DNA of 64,000 nucleotides, taken from NCBI RefSeq assembly GCF_009914755.1, contig NC_060947.1; one strand, given 5' to 3'. The notes below the pieces were generated by a model. It saw only the letters and a list, made by a program, of their open reading frames with translations, searched no databases and had not been told where the DNA came from. The position numbers and the translations under genes were made by a program. This document shows positions 12,958 through 30,271 of the stretch, in pieces (position 1 is the stretch's first letter; each line of letters opens with the position of its first letter). Source of the DNA: the human T2T-CHM13v2.0 reference genome, Homo sapiens.

Positions 12958-13922
12958 AAAAGGCATTTTCTTAATAAGTGAAATAAAAATTGCATTTTCC
13001 GAGGCAGGGGCCCCTCCCTCTGACTCACTGGTTAAGTCAAGGAAAGGCAGAAATTCAAAGGAGGCCTCATTTATCCGGAGGACTAATCTGTTTGACAGCT
13101 TTACTAAGAAAAAAGGGTATTATGACCCTGTGATTAGGACTCCTTCGTAAATTTTGTCAAGAGTCATAATTTAGAGATTAAGAAGAAGTTCTTATTTTAT
13201 TTAGATTTCTTTAGTTTATATTTAATACCCTTTCTGTGTTCCAGGATCACATCCAGGGTGTCATATTACATTTAGTTGTCATGTTTCCTTAGGCTCCTCT
13301 TGGTTGTGATAGTTTCTCAAACTTCCCTCATTTTTGAGGACTGTGACATCTGGTCTTTTGATGAGGACTACTGGTCAGGGATTTTGTAGAATGTCAGTTG
13401 CGATGTGTCTGATGTTTATCTCATGATTAGATGGAGGTTATTGGTTTTTGGTAGGAAGATCACAGAGATAAAATGCCATTCTCATCACATCATATTAATG
13501 GTATATACTAACAATATGACTTATAACTCTTGATATTAACCTCAGCCTCCTAGCTGTTAGTTTTTGTCATGTTTTTCTACTGTAATATTACTCTCTTTTT
13601 CCTTTTTAAAAAAAGGAAAAAAAGTTACTATGTGCTGCTCACACACAGGAGCAGGGAATTATGGTCCACATCCTTGAGGGTGAAATAGCTACATTAATTA
13701 TTCAGAATTCTTTTGCACAGGATATTTATCTCTTATCTTACATTTATTTATCCAAACATTTATTTATATCAGTATGGACTCATGGATATTTACTTTGCAC
13801 GTTGCATTATAATCTAATATGGCTTCATTTATGTTGTTGCTCAAGTTATTTTGGATTTAACCACATTGATCTTTTTCAGTTGGCTCCTGTGTCCATTTGC
13901 ATATCCTCATCAATGTGTGAGG

Positions 13923-13947
13923 GTGTGTGTGTGTGTGTGTGTGTGTG
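13923..13947. repeat. (GT)n microsatellite
   Basis: About 12 uninterrupted GT units. Confidence 0.9.
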
Positions 13948-15863
13948 CACATACATGTGTGTTTGTGCGATTCTTTACTTTCTGGCACCAAAAGATTCTG
14001 CAGGTTCATATTGTACATTTTATATCCCAGCCCTACAATAAAACATTTTTCCAAGGGCCCTGCTTTCTTTTACTGGAGAATGTTACTAGACACCAATTTC
14101 TGCGTGCTAGATATACTCACTGCTATTGGGTATCATTGCTTCTAGGCCCTCTTAGTGGACAGATCAAGAATATGTATATTTTTTATATTAATTCATGCAT
14201 ATATGTATACTTATAAAGATTTCTACATGTAATTGCCTGGATCTATATTAAGCTAGGTATGACTGCACAATGATGTCTCCAACTCTAATCCATTACCACA
14301 TACATAATTCTAGCCTTCTCCCTTTGCTGATCTGTAACCAACAAAGAGAAATTTGGTTCCTACCATCTGCCATTTATTCACTGATGTTAAATTCCAGTGT
14401 ACATGAATGTAGTTTCAGAATTGTTAACCTATTTCCCCATGAGACAACTTTATTAACTAGACTACAGTGCCTTTGTACAATTTCTTGTCTTCAGTTTTAT
14501 TGACTCCACTCATTTGCAAAGTTACCTAGACTAGCACTCTACCCTGCTCCTTCAGTGAAGTTGTATCATACAGTTGTAATAAATTTAGATTATAGTCTCA
14601 TAGTCTGCATTCCATCCTGGAATTCCCCAATCTTTTAAATAATTTTTAAAATTTTATACATTACAGTTTAATATTTGTGCTGTAAAGTTCTGAGTTTTGA
14701 AAAAGGCATACTATCATTCATCCACTATTAAAGTTCCATATATAATAGTTTAAATGCCTACAAAATGCCTGTGATTCACTTATTTAACCCTCCCCACACT
14801 GAACCCATGGCAAGCACTGGTTCGTTTACCACCTCTGGAATATAGCTTTTCCCCAAATGTCATATAAATGGAATTATATAGTATGTAACATTTTCACATT
14901 GTCTTCTTTTACTTCGCAATGTGCACTTAAGATTCATCCATGTTTCTGTGTATTGTGTACCTTGATAGATCCTTTCTTTTTATTGCTGAATAGTAGTTCA
15001 TCATCTAGACATACCAAATCATTTACCAATTAACCTACTGAAGGATATCTTGGTTGACGCCAGTTTTTGGAGATTTTTAATATATTTGCTATAAGCATTT
15101 GTGTGAAGGTTTTTATGTAGACATATGTTTTCAAATAAGCTGGGTAAATATCTAGGAGCATGATTTGCTGGCTTGTATGGTAAAACTGTGTTTAGCTTTG
15201 TCAGAAATTTCTATACTGTTATTTAAAGCAGCTGTATCATTCAATTTTGCATTCCTAACAGCAAATAGTGAGATTTCCTTATTTGGTTTTGTTTTCTTGG
15301 GGGTTTTTTTTAGTTTAATTTTTTTTCACATCCTTAAGTACTTTAGTATATTAATTCTTTGGAGTGTAGACTTACAGTTTTATTCTGCTTCAAAGTTATT
15401 TTTCAGAGTTGGTCTTCAGTTGATATGAATAAAATGTAATTTTCTGATATCATAAGTGTTTTTCTATGAACATTACTTTCCTCCTGTTCATTTTTATGGC
15501 ATTGGAGTAACTTATAGGAGTCCAAGTTTAATGGTGCCTTTACTGTCAATTTATCAAAGTCCAGGTTTTTTGGTGGTGTTTCATTTTATTGGGTTTGTTT
15601 CCTTTATTTTGGTTGTAAGGGAAGAGTTACAAATTTTTGACTTTATATTTAACTTTTATTTTGCAGGACTTTAAATTTTCTATTTTTTCTACTTTCTCCC
15701 TTCACTATCCAATTCCCATAGACTGCCTCCTCCTCCTTTCAGCCTTTATTCTCCTTCAGAAACTAAAGGCTTGTAAAATTGTCCCTTTAAATTTCATATA
15801 GCCCTATAAATTCTTTCTGGACCTTTAAATCAAGCTTATTTGGAAATTCCTTACCCGTAGTCC

Positions 15864-16438
15864 TGAAGCAGGAGATGTTAAACCAAATAAACAAGTTTTT
15901 TACTAGGGTAACTCACTCCAAGGTCCACCGATATACAGCAGAGCTCTGGCAGGGCTTTGATAACACTATCTGCAGAGCTGGTGCCCTCAAGAGATGGACT
16001 CCAGAGCCCCCTCCCTCCCATTTCAGCATAGGGATGAGAAAACAAGTTTTTCTCCTCTCCCAACTTCCCCCTCCCTTTTACCAATCCTCCCTTAGTAAAA
16101 TTCATAATTATTCTGCAAGGTTTTGTACGTTCCTGTTTTTCCTTCTGTGCAGCAAGGTCACAAGATATGCTTAAGTTACGAAACCTGTCACTATTTGATT
16201 AACTGCCTTTGTTCTGCTTCTGTAAGCCTGCTTGTCCGGCCTCACAGGTTTCATGCCCTCAGTTTCGTGCCACACTATTCAAACCATCCAATCCCCTTTC
16301 AGATGTATGTATAAAAGTCAAGCCCTGTCTTTGTTTGGGGCTCAGCCTTTGGATGCTAATCTGCTGAGCTGGTGTGCACCTTAATAAATTCCTCCTGTTC
16401 TACCCATTGGTCTCTCTGGTCCCTTAATTCCTGCAACA
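15864..16438 (+). mobile_element. ERV solo LTR (ERV1-like, family uncertain)
   Basis: TG...CA termini, ccaat (16288), tataaaa (16310), aataaa (16383), ends ttcctgcaaca; no clean TSD, and the 5' end could be 15876. Confidence 0.78.
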
Positions 16439-16859
16439 TTTCATACTCTGATCTGCCTGGACACTTTCCCACTATATTTAGATTTAGGGTTGGTTTAATC
16501 TTTTGGGTACACATTGCAAATCACCCTTGGTCCCCTTTGTTAGCCTCAGTCTTCTTCAGTTTTCCTCAGGTTGTAGTTGCTCATCACAAAACTCTGGAGC
16601 AGGGCAGAGGTTAGGGGCATGAATGTTAGAAATTCTGTGCTCTCAGTTATTTGCTCCAGCATTTGTTGTATTGAAATAATGCTGAGGTGTGGTTTTTGTG
16701 TAAAATGTTTATAGTTTTAAAATTATTTCACATAGTTTGGAAAGGAAATTTTGAGAATTGATAACTACACGTTCTTTTCAGCTATCCAGAAGTTCCAGCT
16801 TTCTTTCTTTAATATTCATTACAGAATACTGCATTTTTCAGAGATAATTATAAGATAAA

Positions 16860-17090
16860 GGGAGTATTTTGGTAGTTGTGAGTACAAGCTTTGGATTCAA
16901 ACCTGAGTTGTAGTTTTGGCTTTTCAACTTTTCTTGGGCAAATTGTTTAACCTGTTTCAATCTCAGTGTATTTGTCCAAATATGGATAGAGTAAAATGTT
17001 TTTTATAATGTTATTGTGAAGATTAAATTAGAAAACAATATGAGAAGTGCCAAATGTATCAAATCTCAATAGCAAAGCATCAGTATAACA
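16860..17090 (+). mobile_element. MIR SINE
   Basis: cttgggcaaattgtttaacctg...gttattgtgaagattaaattag core. Confidence 0.6.
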
Positions 17091-17884
17091 CAACGATTAT
17101 AGTGGGTTTGCATTTCTTCTATTTTGGGATTGTTTCTGTATTAAAAAATTCACTCACAAGCTCCATTTGGTAAATTCAGTCATCAGTAAAATATGCTAGA
17201 GTCCAACCTGCATGTTGCATTGTAGACAGAAAACACTATAGACTTGTAGCCCATAAAAACTTGGCATTTAAATTTAATTTTATAGACTAAAAATACAAAA
17301 TAATAGTAATAATCTTATATTGCCATGAGAAGTAAAATGTGGCAAAGTGAAACTTTTTCTAGTAGATGCTTAACTGGAAAAATATGAATAGATTATTGAG
17401 ATAAACCATTTATTATTAATTTTCATTCTATGCCTTTGCAATTAACATTTACAGAAAAATTGATCAAGAGAAAATATTAGAACCTCTTATTTGATTAATG
17501 TTCTGGGAATGAAATGCTATAATTTTTACAAAGTGCTCATTAACTCATTTCCTGTGCATAGATACATTTATTCCTACATTTTTTTCCTCTAGATTACTTG
17601 AAATTATCATCATTTTGCTCAACTGCTTTTATTTATTCTTTTACTTATGTAGTAAGGAAATAAGGAAGAAATATTCTAGTTCTACAATTTTGCTTTTGAT
17701 TCACTAGTATTTTATCCATTAAAATATTTGTCATCACAAATCCAATATTTTAATTAATATAGCAGAATTTTAAATTTATCTATTGTTGGTTTCATGAATA
17801 TTTACTTTGGGCAAAATTGATAATGTAGGTCAGTTAGATTGTTTATAGATAGAAAACTAGATGAAGAAAAAATTTAAAACCAGC

Positions 17885-18179
17885 TTTTTTTTTTTTTTTT
17901 TTTGGTGGAGTCTTGCTCTGTCACCCAGGCTGGAAATGCAGTGGCACATCTTGGCTCACTGCAACCTCTGCCTCCCAGGTTCACATGATTCTCCTGCCTC
18001 AGCCTCCTGAGTAGCTGGGATTACAGGTGCTCACGACCACACGACCACGCCCGGCTAAATTTTGTATTTTTAGTAGAGATGGGGTTTTGCCATGTTGGCC
18101 AGGCTGGTCTCGAACTCCTGATCTCAGGTGATCCACCTGCCTCGGCCTCCCAAACGGCTGGGAGCCACCGTGCCTGGCC
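17885..18179 (-). mobile_element. AluSx-like SINE
   Basis: Full dimer with poly-T; degenerate TSD aaaccagcttt/aaacaagcttt; small internal duplication and deletion. Confidence 0.95.
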
Positions 18180-18261
18180 TAAACAAGCTTTCAAACAGTC
18201 AACCTTTTTGTTAAATTTCCAAATATTTTGATCATTCTAAATAACATTTGAATTGAAATAC

Positions 18262-18337
18262 CTATCTATTATCTATCTGTATCTGTATCTATATCTATCT
18301 ATCTATCTATTCTGTTTCTCTAGAGAGCCCTAATACA
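18262..18337 (+). repeat. (TATC)n repeat ending in an MLT2 LTR 3' terminus
   Basis: ctatctatctatc followed by ttctgtttctctagagagccctaataca. Confidence 0.65.
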
Positions 18338-22320
<3,983 letters not shown>

Positions 22321-22409
22321 ACAAGGCAAATATTCAAAATGTGTGACATAATTAACTTTACCCATTACCAGAAGTCTTTCTGTGATGACACTGGAATGCA
22401 TGTATGTTG

Positions 22410-22900
22410 TTATGTTGTGGAATCAGGCACTGGTTGATATATTGCCCCCACTCCAGGATTGTTCAGTCAGTGCTCTGGGCTGGGAACATTCCCTTCTGTG
22501 GAGATTGGATGCCTGAGCTGTCCTGAGCTGTCCCAGGCTCCAGATTCTTCTTCTTTATTAGGAGAAATCTTCCCCTGTTCTGAGTACACAGTTAACTTCC
22601 TTGTACTGCTTAAGCATGTGCATCTTATGGCACCTGGCCAGCCTGACTAGTGTATCTGCCCTCAATAGGGAGAGAATGAGTCTTCACCTGTAGCAAGAGG
22701 AGGGGTGTGCTGTCCATCACTCTGTGTCACCTATTGGGAGGAACCTTCCACCCATGGGAGACTGACACACACTAAATACACTGATCTTTCTATACCTTTT
22801 TTCTTTTCTGGTGGTTGGCATGGTTATGATCTTTGCCATCTTCCATATGGTAGAAATCCTCACTAAAGATTGGTTGCTGGACCTTCCTATTCGATAATAT
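22410..22900 (+). mobile_element. Old ERVL-type LTR (LTR40-like)
   Basis: tactgcttaagcatgtgcatcttatggcacctggcc resembles LTR40; ends unclear. Confidence 0.4.
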
Positions 22901-23999
22901 CAATAACTAAAAAGAATGTATTGAGTTTGGATGTATAAAATTAAAAACTGAAGTGTGTATATGTATTTGAAAAGATTTATTTTGAATCTATGCTGAATCT
23001 CAACTAAGTTCTTAGGTCATCTTCTGAAGACTAGCTTCTGAAATACCGGTTTGTTAGAATGTATTTTTCCAAGTATTTTTAATATAAAGGGAAATTGGCG
23101 GGAGAACCAACACATGATATATGTTCTTTTCTGCTCTATGAGGTAGTAACATGTGAAGGAACATAATGCTTTGTGAGAAGATGCGTTTAAAGAGGTAAAT
23201 GCACACTGTGTACTTGATTTACATTCCCTTATCTACTAGGGAGAACATGGATATTGTGAAATGCAGTCCTTAATGGCTTATGCATAAACAAAGTCTTTTC
23301 CCTTTATAAATCATAAAGATATGAAATTCAACAGTGAAATAATTCAGGATTATAATCAGCCAGGTCCTTCTGTACTCTTCCTCAGGCAGTCTTTACTTCT
23401 ATGACTGATTCAGTTTATTGCAAAATTTAGTTTCTCATTTTTCATTGATGTATAGTCTATTTATTTATATTTCACTTTATTTCAGATTTATTGATGTATA
23501 TTTACAAATAAAATTGCATATATTTAAAGTGTATAACATGATGATTAGCTGCGGCAGTATACACTAAATGTTGTGTTGCTTTTCCACTTCCCGTTTTAAC
23601 ATAATGAGTTTGATGCAACTATCATCACAATTATTATTTCTATATTAAATGCTTTTGCAACTATCATTTCACAGTCATCACGTGGCCTCATTTTCTTTCT
23701 TTTTTGTAGAAACATTATTCTCCCACATACTCTTGCTTATTTATTTATATATTTAATTTTATTTCCTCTCTTTCCTTATGAATGTAATTCTCATGATAGC
23801 AAGTGCCTTATGTCTTGTTCAGTGTGTCATATACTATAGCTGTTGAATAAACATTTGTTGAATTAATTTTTTAAATTATTTGCTGCAAATTATTCATTGA
23901 CTGAAAGTATTCATCCCCTTATTTGGCACTATTGTATGAAGCATTTTGTCAGCACCTTCAATTTTAAATTTGCGGTTACAGTGTGAACTAAGACACAGA

Positions 24000-24900
24000 G
24001 AGTTTATTTTCTGCTATGGAGTACTGAGAATTTAAAGGTGGAAACTAAAAAGAATGGATGCATGTGCAAGAATGAACTGAAGGAATTGACAGGTCTGAGT
24101 AGTTTAATAAGGGGTGAACAGGATAAATTAGTTTCCCATTCTTATCTGAGGGAGTTAGTATGTTAAGGGAAAAGTAAGAAGGAAACTAGGTAACTGAAGG
24201 ACATTCATAGAAATGTTCAATAGGCAATTTACATCAGGGAACTTGAGCGCTGATGTTACGATAGGTTAAGCCTAAAAATCTAGAGAAGGTGATTGAAGGT
24301 ATAAGATAGAATTCACCAGAGTAATAAGTTTAGAACAGTAATTCCAGGGTCAGGAAGTGAACCTTAGTAAATTCTTACATTTGAAAAAATTTGGAGGAAA
24401 GCTAAAAACAATAGAGACAAAGAAATGGTAATTAGAAAAGTAGAAGATGAAGCTGAATAATAAAATATCTTGGAAACCAAAAGAGTAAAAGTGCTCCAAG
24501 CCAGCCTTGAGAGACCAGTTAACAGTGTCAAATGCTACAGAAAAACTGAGATAGAATACCAAAAAATTGACTGGATTTTGTACTTATGACATTAATTACC
24601 TTCAACAAAGCAGTTTTGGGGAATTGGGAGGCTAGAAAAAAAGACGATTTTATGAAATTAAAGAGTGAAAGAGCTGTGGCTTAATGAAGATAAGTAATAT
24701 AATTAATTCCTATAAGAAATAGATATTCACCTAACCATTCATTCAACAAGTACCTGATCGTCCGCTATGTGCCATGCACAGTACTACATGCTGGGCACAT
24801 GTGATGCCTACACTTAGATGGAGACACATATTTTAATCAAATATTTGTACATATAAACTAATGTGAATTATAAAACTCTGATAAGTGGTATGGGTGAGGA
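24000..24900 (-). mobile_element. L2 LINE fragments
   Basis: gaccagttaacagtgtcaaatgctacag (minus frame LSFSVAFDTVN, RT-like) and cattcattcaacaagtac 3' end. Confidence 0.6.
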
Positions 24901-26899
24901 GTATTTGGTTCCAGAGAATGTCAGGTATGAAGATGCGAACTAGGCTTGGAATGATACTGTGAGAAAGTAGTAACAGTCTTCAGGGCAGTGTAGAGTATGA
25001 GGATGAAAGAGGAAACAGCAATGCCAAATGATTTTATTTAATTTTTAAATAAATATTGGAGAAAATTATGCATATTTAAAGGCAGAAGAAAAGGAGCTAT
25101 GGTAATATAAGTGGAAGTGGGTATGTGGGTTGTGGGGGGTGGACAATTTTACTGTGTTTAGAAATGGCCTCAAAAAGTATCTGTATTCTGACAGGATTTT
25201 CACAATTTCAGAGTTATAGACTTATTTAGATCAATTTAGCAGATGAGATTTGACTCTTGGGTATTGCTAGCTATACTCTTAAGAGAGTGATTTTTAAAAA
25301 GCAAAAAACATCAATATATGTGTTAACACTAAGCAATAAAAGTGCCAAGTGGAACAGAAGCTTCCTATTGACTAACTTGCACGCCTGCCCAGTAGGGAAA
25401 CCAAGTCAATATCAGAGAGTTGCTTGATGAGAGGTCAATGCAGTGATTTCAAGACAGCGTTGAAGTTAGAATTACCCATTGTGAAAATAAATCTCTAGAG
25501 GAGGTAGAAAGAATAAGAGAGGAAAAGGTTTTGTGGAAGAGTTTAAGAATGCTATCAATAGATTGGTTATACTACAGTATGATAAGCTGAAATTTGCCTT
25601 TATTTTCAGTGCTGAGTAAAAGCGAATATGAAATTGAGAAGACAGGCTCATTGAAAAAGATTTTCCCAGGGCAATAACTGAATATCAGTTTAGTAAATAC
25701 CAAGGTATTTGTAACAAATTTAAATTTTTATAGTGCTGTTCAATTTGAAGTATTCACATGAAGTACACATTTATACAGATTTGTATACACTCACACACCC
25801 CTACACATTCATTCCCACAGAATGGCCATAGAAGAAAAATTATTAATCGTTTATCTGAATATCTTGAGATTGCTGTTCTTTGCAACTTTCATAAACTATT
25901 CAGCAGCCTCATGACCTACCTAGGACAGAATCAAGTAAACTTAAAATGTTAAGAAATGCTTGGAACCATTTTTCTATTTTCACATGGGATATCTCATCAC
26001 TGTCCCCTATCCTGACTCTCTATTTTTAATCACATGTATACCATAAGTCAAATTAAATCTACTCATGGCTTTTTTTCCATCTGTTCAATTTCTGAAACAT
26101 GTGTCCGACAGGAATCATGTTTATTCGGAATGCGAATTTCCCTAAACATACCATATAAGTAGCGGGTTACAATTGAAGGGTATGTTTTTCCAGTTAGATT
26201 TACTCTATCTTATATTTCCTAGTCAATCAAAATTCTCTGAGCTTCTTTAGGCTTTCAGACCATATATAGCCCTCTTTTATTCTAGCAAAGATATGAAAAC
26301 ATGTCTTTCCTTATTACTCCAGCAAACACAATATTGAAAATGTTTTAAAAACAGAGAAAATCTGTACAAAATTTGATTTGATGATATTACAGAAGTCTCC
26401 GTGGTACACCTTAGGTAGCATAGAGTCTTTAGTTCTTTTCTCATCCTTTAACCTTGTCTAGGCTGTGTGCAAAACATAAATAATATAAATTGTCTGATGG
26501 AAATATGGGCAAACCCCACTAGGAAGGCTGGTGGGAGCCACAGATTCCCCCAGAAGCTGTTTACTCTTCATCTCTTCATGAGTAAACAGGTGAAGGATCT
26601 ATATTAATTTTGCTCTGCAGATGACCTAATCCCTTACAAGTTCTGCTTCAGTCTCAGATCTTTCACTATTAAGCTGCAGAAGGCAGCTTTGAATCTGATT
26701 TAGAAAATCACCTCCACTCAGTTTCACATTGCCCTAATCTAATTTTTGGTGTACCAGCTTTTCCCCTTTTGTATGGGTCCAGTGTTATGTTAATGTGATC
26801 TCATCCACAGATCATTGTTTTTGACAATTCAAATAAAAATAGAGAGCAATGTGCCTCAAAATGTGCTCCACAGGCCCTGCAAGAGACACAATTGGCATT

Positions 26900-27329
26900 C
26901 TATTCAGATCATCTTAGATCTATCTCTTCTCCTCTGCTTGAATGTGGGTTTGTTTATAAGAACCTGCAGGAAAAAGTCTTCTTTGAGAGACTGACTAGGT
27001 TACTATAGCCACACACTCAGACATATACATGCAGAGCCAGAAGTACCTGGGAGTTAACAACTCAGCCTATGACTTACAGTTGAGGCAGGGTATAAAAACC
27101 TACCTCCTTTGACTCAAGTTGGGACTGACTGAATTTGAAATTTATGCCCTTAACCTCTCCAGAGGATCAGACCTGAGGCTGAGACTTTGCCCAAAATGTC
27201 ACTCCTGTTTGGCTTCTTTGCATTTTCTCTACTCTGTTTCCTTTCCTTTATTATTTTCTCCTAGGAGCATTTTCTTAATAAATGAATCCTTATCTTAGGG
27301 TCCACTTTTGGGGACTACAATCTAAGATA
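26900..27329 (+). mobile_element. LTR16-family (ERVL) LTR
   Basis: gccagaagtacctgggagtt...aataaatgaatccttatcttagggtcc...ctaagata; 5' end approximate. Confidence 0.6.
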
Positions 27330-27339
27330 TACCTCTTTA

Positions 27340-27470
27340 TCGGAGTCACCTGTGATGCCTGTTAGAGTTGTTGATACCTGGCCCAATCCCAAGGAGTGAA
27401 ATCTGCATTTTTATTAAAAAAAACTCGGAATAATGTTTATGCATAGCAAAATTTAAGAGCCAATGGTTTG
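27340..27470. mobile_element. MER5A-like hAT relic
   Basis: gagtcacctg...aatctgcattttt...aaatttaagagccaatg. Confidence 0.5.
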
Positions 27471-27516
27471 AGTCATAATTATTAGCCAGTTATTGGTGAT
27501 TCTAAACCTAGGTTTC

Positions 27517-27839
27517 TTTCTTAGTCTGTTTTGTGCTGCTATACAGAATGCCTGACACTGAGTAACTTATAAGAAACAGAAATGTATTTCTCGCAGTTCT
27601 GGAGACAAGGAAGTCCAAGATCAAGGCATCAGCATCTAGTGAGGGACTTACTGCATCTTCACATAGTGGAAAGCAGGAAGGTAAGAGGGACAAACTCCCT
27701 CTGTCAAGCCCTTTTACAAGGGGCATCTAATCCCATTCACCAGAGAGAAGCCCTCATGGCCTAATCAACTCTTAAAGACTCTAATACTATCTCATTGGCA
27801 ACACCCGAATTTTGGAGAGGATACATTCAAACAACAGCA
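27517..27839 (-). mobile_element. MSTC/MSTD-like MaLR LTR
   Basis: tcttagtctgttttgtgctgctatacagaat...ttggcaacacccgaattttggagaggatacattcaaacaacagca. Confidence 0.85.
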
Positions 27840-28043
27840 GTTTCTATCCAACCTACTTGCTTAGCCCCTCTAAATGATCAATACCATCCTCCCTTGATAC
27901 CTGCCTTCTTCACATCACCTCCCTCCAATATCCAGAATGACAAAAAGTAAATAGACATTTTGTCATTTATTTTCTTTTACAAAATAAATTTTAAGCTTCA
28001 AATAATTTGTACATGGCAGAGGCTTCATAAATAAAATGTAGCC

Positions 28044-28345
28044 AGATGGGCACAGTGGCTCATGCCTGTAATCCCAGCACTTTGGGAGGCAAAGATGGGA
28101 ACTTGCTTGAGCCCAGGAATTCAACACCAGCCTGGGCAACATGGTGAGATTCCATCTGTACAAAAAAATGAAGAAAAATTAGCCAAGAATGGTAGCACAC
28201 ATCTGTTGTCCTAGCTACTCGGGCAGCTGAGGTGGGAGGATCACTTGAGCCCAGGAGGTCAAAGCTACAGCGAGCTATGATTGTACCACTGCACTCCAGC
28301 CTGGGTGACATAGGGAGACCCTGTCTTAAAAAAATAATAATAAAA
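28044..28345 (+). mobile_element. AluJ SINE
   Basis: Full dimer; cttgagcccaggag in both arms and gagctatgattg (J-type). Confidence 0.93.
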
Positions 28346-29804
28346 TATTCACTCTTTTGGGAATGGTCATAAAAGGAGTTAAAAATATTTACTCTTGAAT
28401 TTTGGAGTTTATATAAAGTTATGAAAAATATTGACTATAAAACATGAGTAAGTCTAATTTTGATTTTGAATGTGTTTTCAGAATAAGCTGTAAATTCCTG
28501 AGCTTAAAATTCAAGTTCTTCTATAATCTAACATTAAACTACACTGACCTTGTTCATTAATCTAATTGTGTGTTACTTTGTATTTTTAGAGACAACTACT
28601 GGTCTCTAATGACATAAACTGTGTTTTTTATAAAATCTCTTCAACTATTATTTACATATAATAACATCACCACCCACAAATTTCTCCAATAAAGCCCCGG
28701 AATGTAGAAAGAACTTGTCTCAAATTTGAGAAGGCAGGATGATTCACAGGAACACACATTATGTTTATACCTGCTAGATTTAATTTTAGGTGAAGGTGGA
28801 GATGTATGTTGCTTTTTGTCTAAATGTGAATCTGTACATCATTTTGTAGGGTCACAAGGCACTTTAGTGGAAGAAATTGATTTGCTAGCTCTCTCCCCTT
28901 TTCAGTCATATAACCAATATTCTTTGACGGAACAGAACTCTCACATCCCATAAGGCTTGAAATTATATTTATAATCAACGCTTGTTATTGCACTGAGCCT
29001 ATTCTATAGCCTTTGTATTTTTATCACAATGATTTTTCTTCTTCAACTTGTTCATGTTTTGGATTATATTGACTGATTTTCAAATGTTGAACTAGTCTTG
29101 CATATCCACAATAAATCTCACTTGGTCATGGTAGATAATTCTTTTTATACATTGTTGGATTTGATTTGTTAGTTTTTTGGTCAAGTATTTTTGTATGCAT
29201 GTGTATGAGATATATTGGGGAGTAGTTTTCCTTTCTTGCAATGTTCTTATCTGGTTTTGGTATTAGGGTAAATCTGGCCTTATAGAATTAAATAGAAAAG
29301 GTTTTCTCTGCCTCTGTTTTCTGGAAAACATTGTGGAGAATGGGCATCATTTCTACCTTAAATGTTTGGTAGAATTCATCAGTGAAACCATCTGGGGATG
29401 GTGCTTTCTTTTTTGGAAAGTTATAAATTATTGCTTCAATTTCACTAATATATATGGGTCTATTCAGATTCACACAGGTTTCTGTTTGTGTGAGTTTTGA
29501 TAGTTTCTGTTTCTTAGGGAATTGATCCATTTTATCTAAGTTATCAAACGTATGGACAGAATGGTTTGTACTGTCCCTTTATTAGCATTTTAATGTCTTC
29601 AGGATCAGTAGGGATAAGTCCTCTTTCAGTTCCAATATGGAAATATGTGAATTTTGTTTTCTTCTTGAGAAGCCTGGATAGAGATTTTTGTTTGTTTGTT
29701 TTTTTCAATTTTATGAAACTTTTTGAAGAACCAACTTTTGGTTTTGTTGATTTTCTCTGTTAATTTCCTGTTTTCACTTTCATTGATTCCTATTCTAGTT
29801 TTTA

Positions 29805-30271
29805 TTTATTTTTTATTTATATATATATTTATTATACTTTAAGTTCTAAGGTACATGTGCACAATGTGCAAGTTTGTTACATATATATACTTGTGACATG
29901 TTGGTGTGCTGCACCCATTAACTCGTCATTTACATTAGGTATATCTCCTAATGCTATCCCTACCCCCTCCCGCCACCCCACAACAGGCCCCGGTGTGTGA
30001 TGTTCCCCTTCCTGTGTCCAAGTGTTCTCATTGTTCAATTCCCACCTATGAGTGAGAACATGCGGTGTTTGGTTTTTTGTCCTTGCGATAGTTTGCTCAG
30101 AATGATGGTTTCCAGTTTCATCCATGTCCCTACAAAGGACATGAACTCATCCTTTTTTATGGCTGCATGGTATTCCATGGTGTATATGTGCCACATTTTC
30201 TTAATCCAGTCTATCATTGTTGGACATTTGGGTTGGTTCCAAGTCTTTGCTATTGTGAGTAGTGCTGCAAT
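29805..30271 (-). mobile_element. L1PA (PA4-6-like) 5'-truncated 3' end
   Basis: ttattatactttaagttctaaggtacatgtgcacaatgtgca; WIKKMWHIYTMEY; TSD-like atttatttttt. Confidence 0.93.

Larger units (their letters stand above)
12575..15270 (-). mobile_element. L1MC3-like 3' region, interrupted by a foreign insert at 12741-13185
   Basis: tagttttagatttacagcaaaattgcaaagatagt terminus; continues into gtaaatatctaggagcatgatttgctgg. Confidence 0.75.

Noticed and set aside
12734-13150. 138-aa ORF
   Set aside because: The first half is antisense Alu translation and it starts at a non-ATG codon
17158-17207. Minus-strand exon-like segment with gtgagt donor
   Set aside because: Stops in all three frames and a weak acceptor
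23094-23104. E2F-like motif ttggcgggag
   Set aside because: Single motif in CpG-poor DNA with no promoter context
26811-27008. 65-codon open frame after a cag acceptor
   Set aside because: Runs into the LTR16-like element and has no convincing donor
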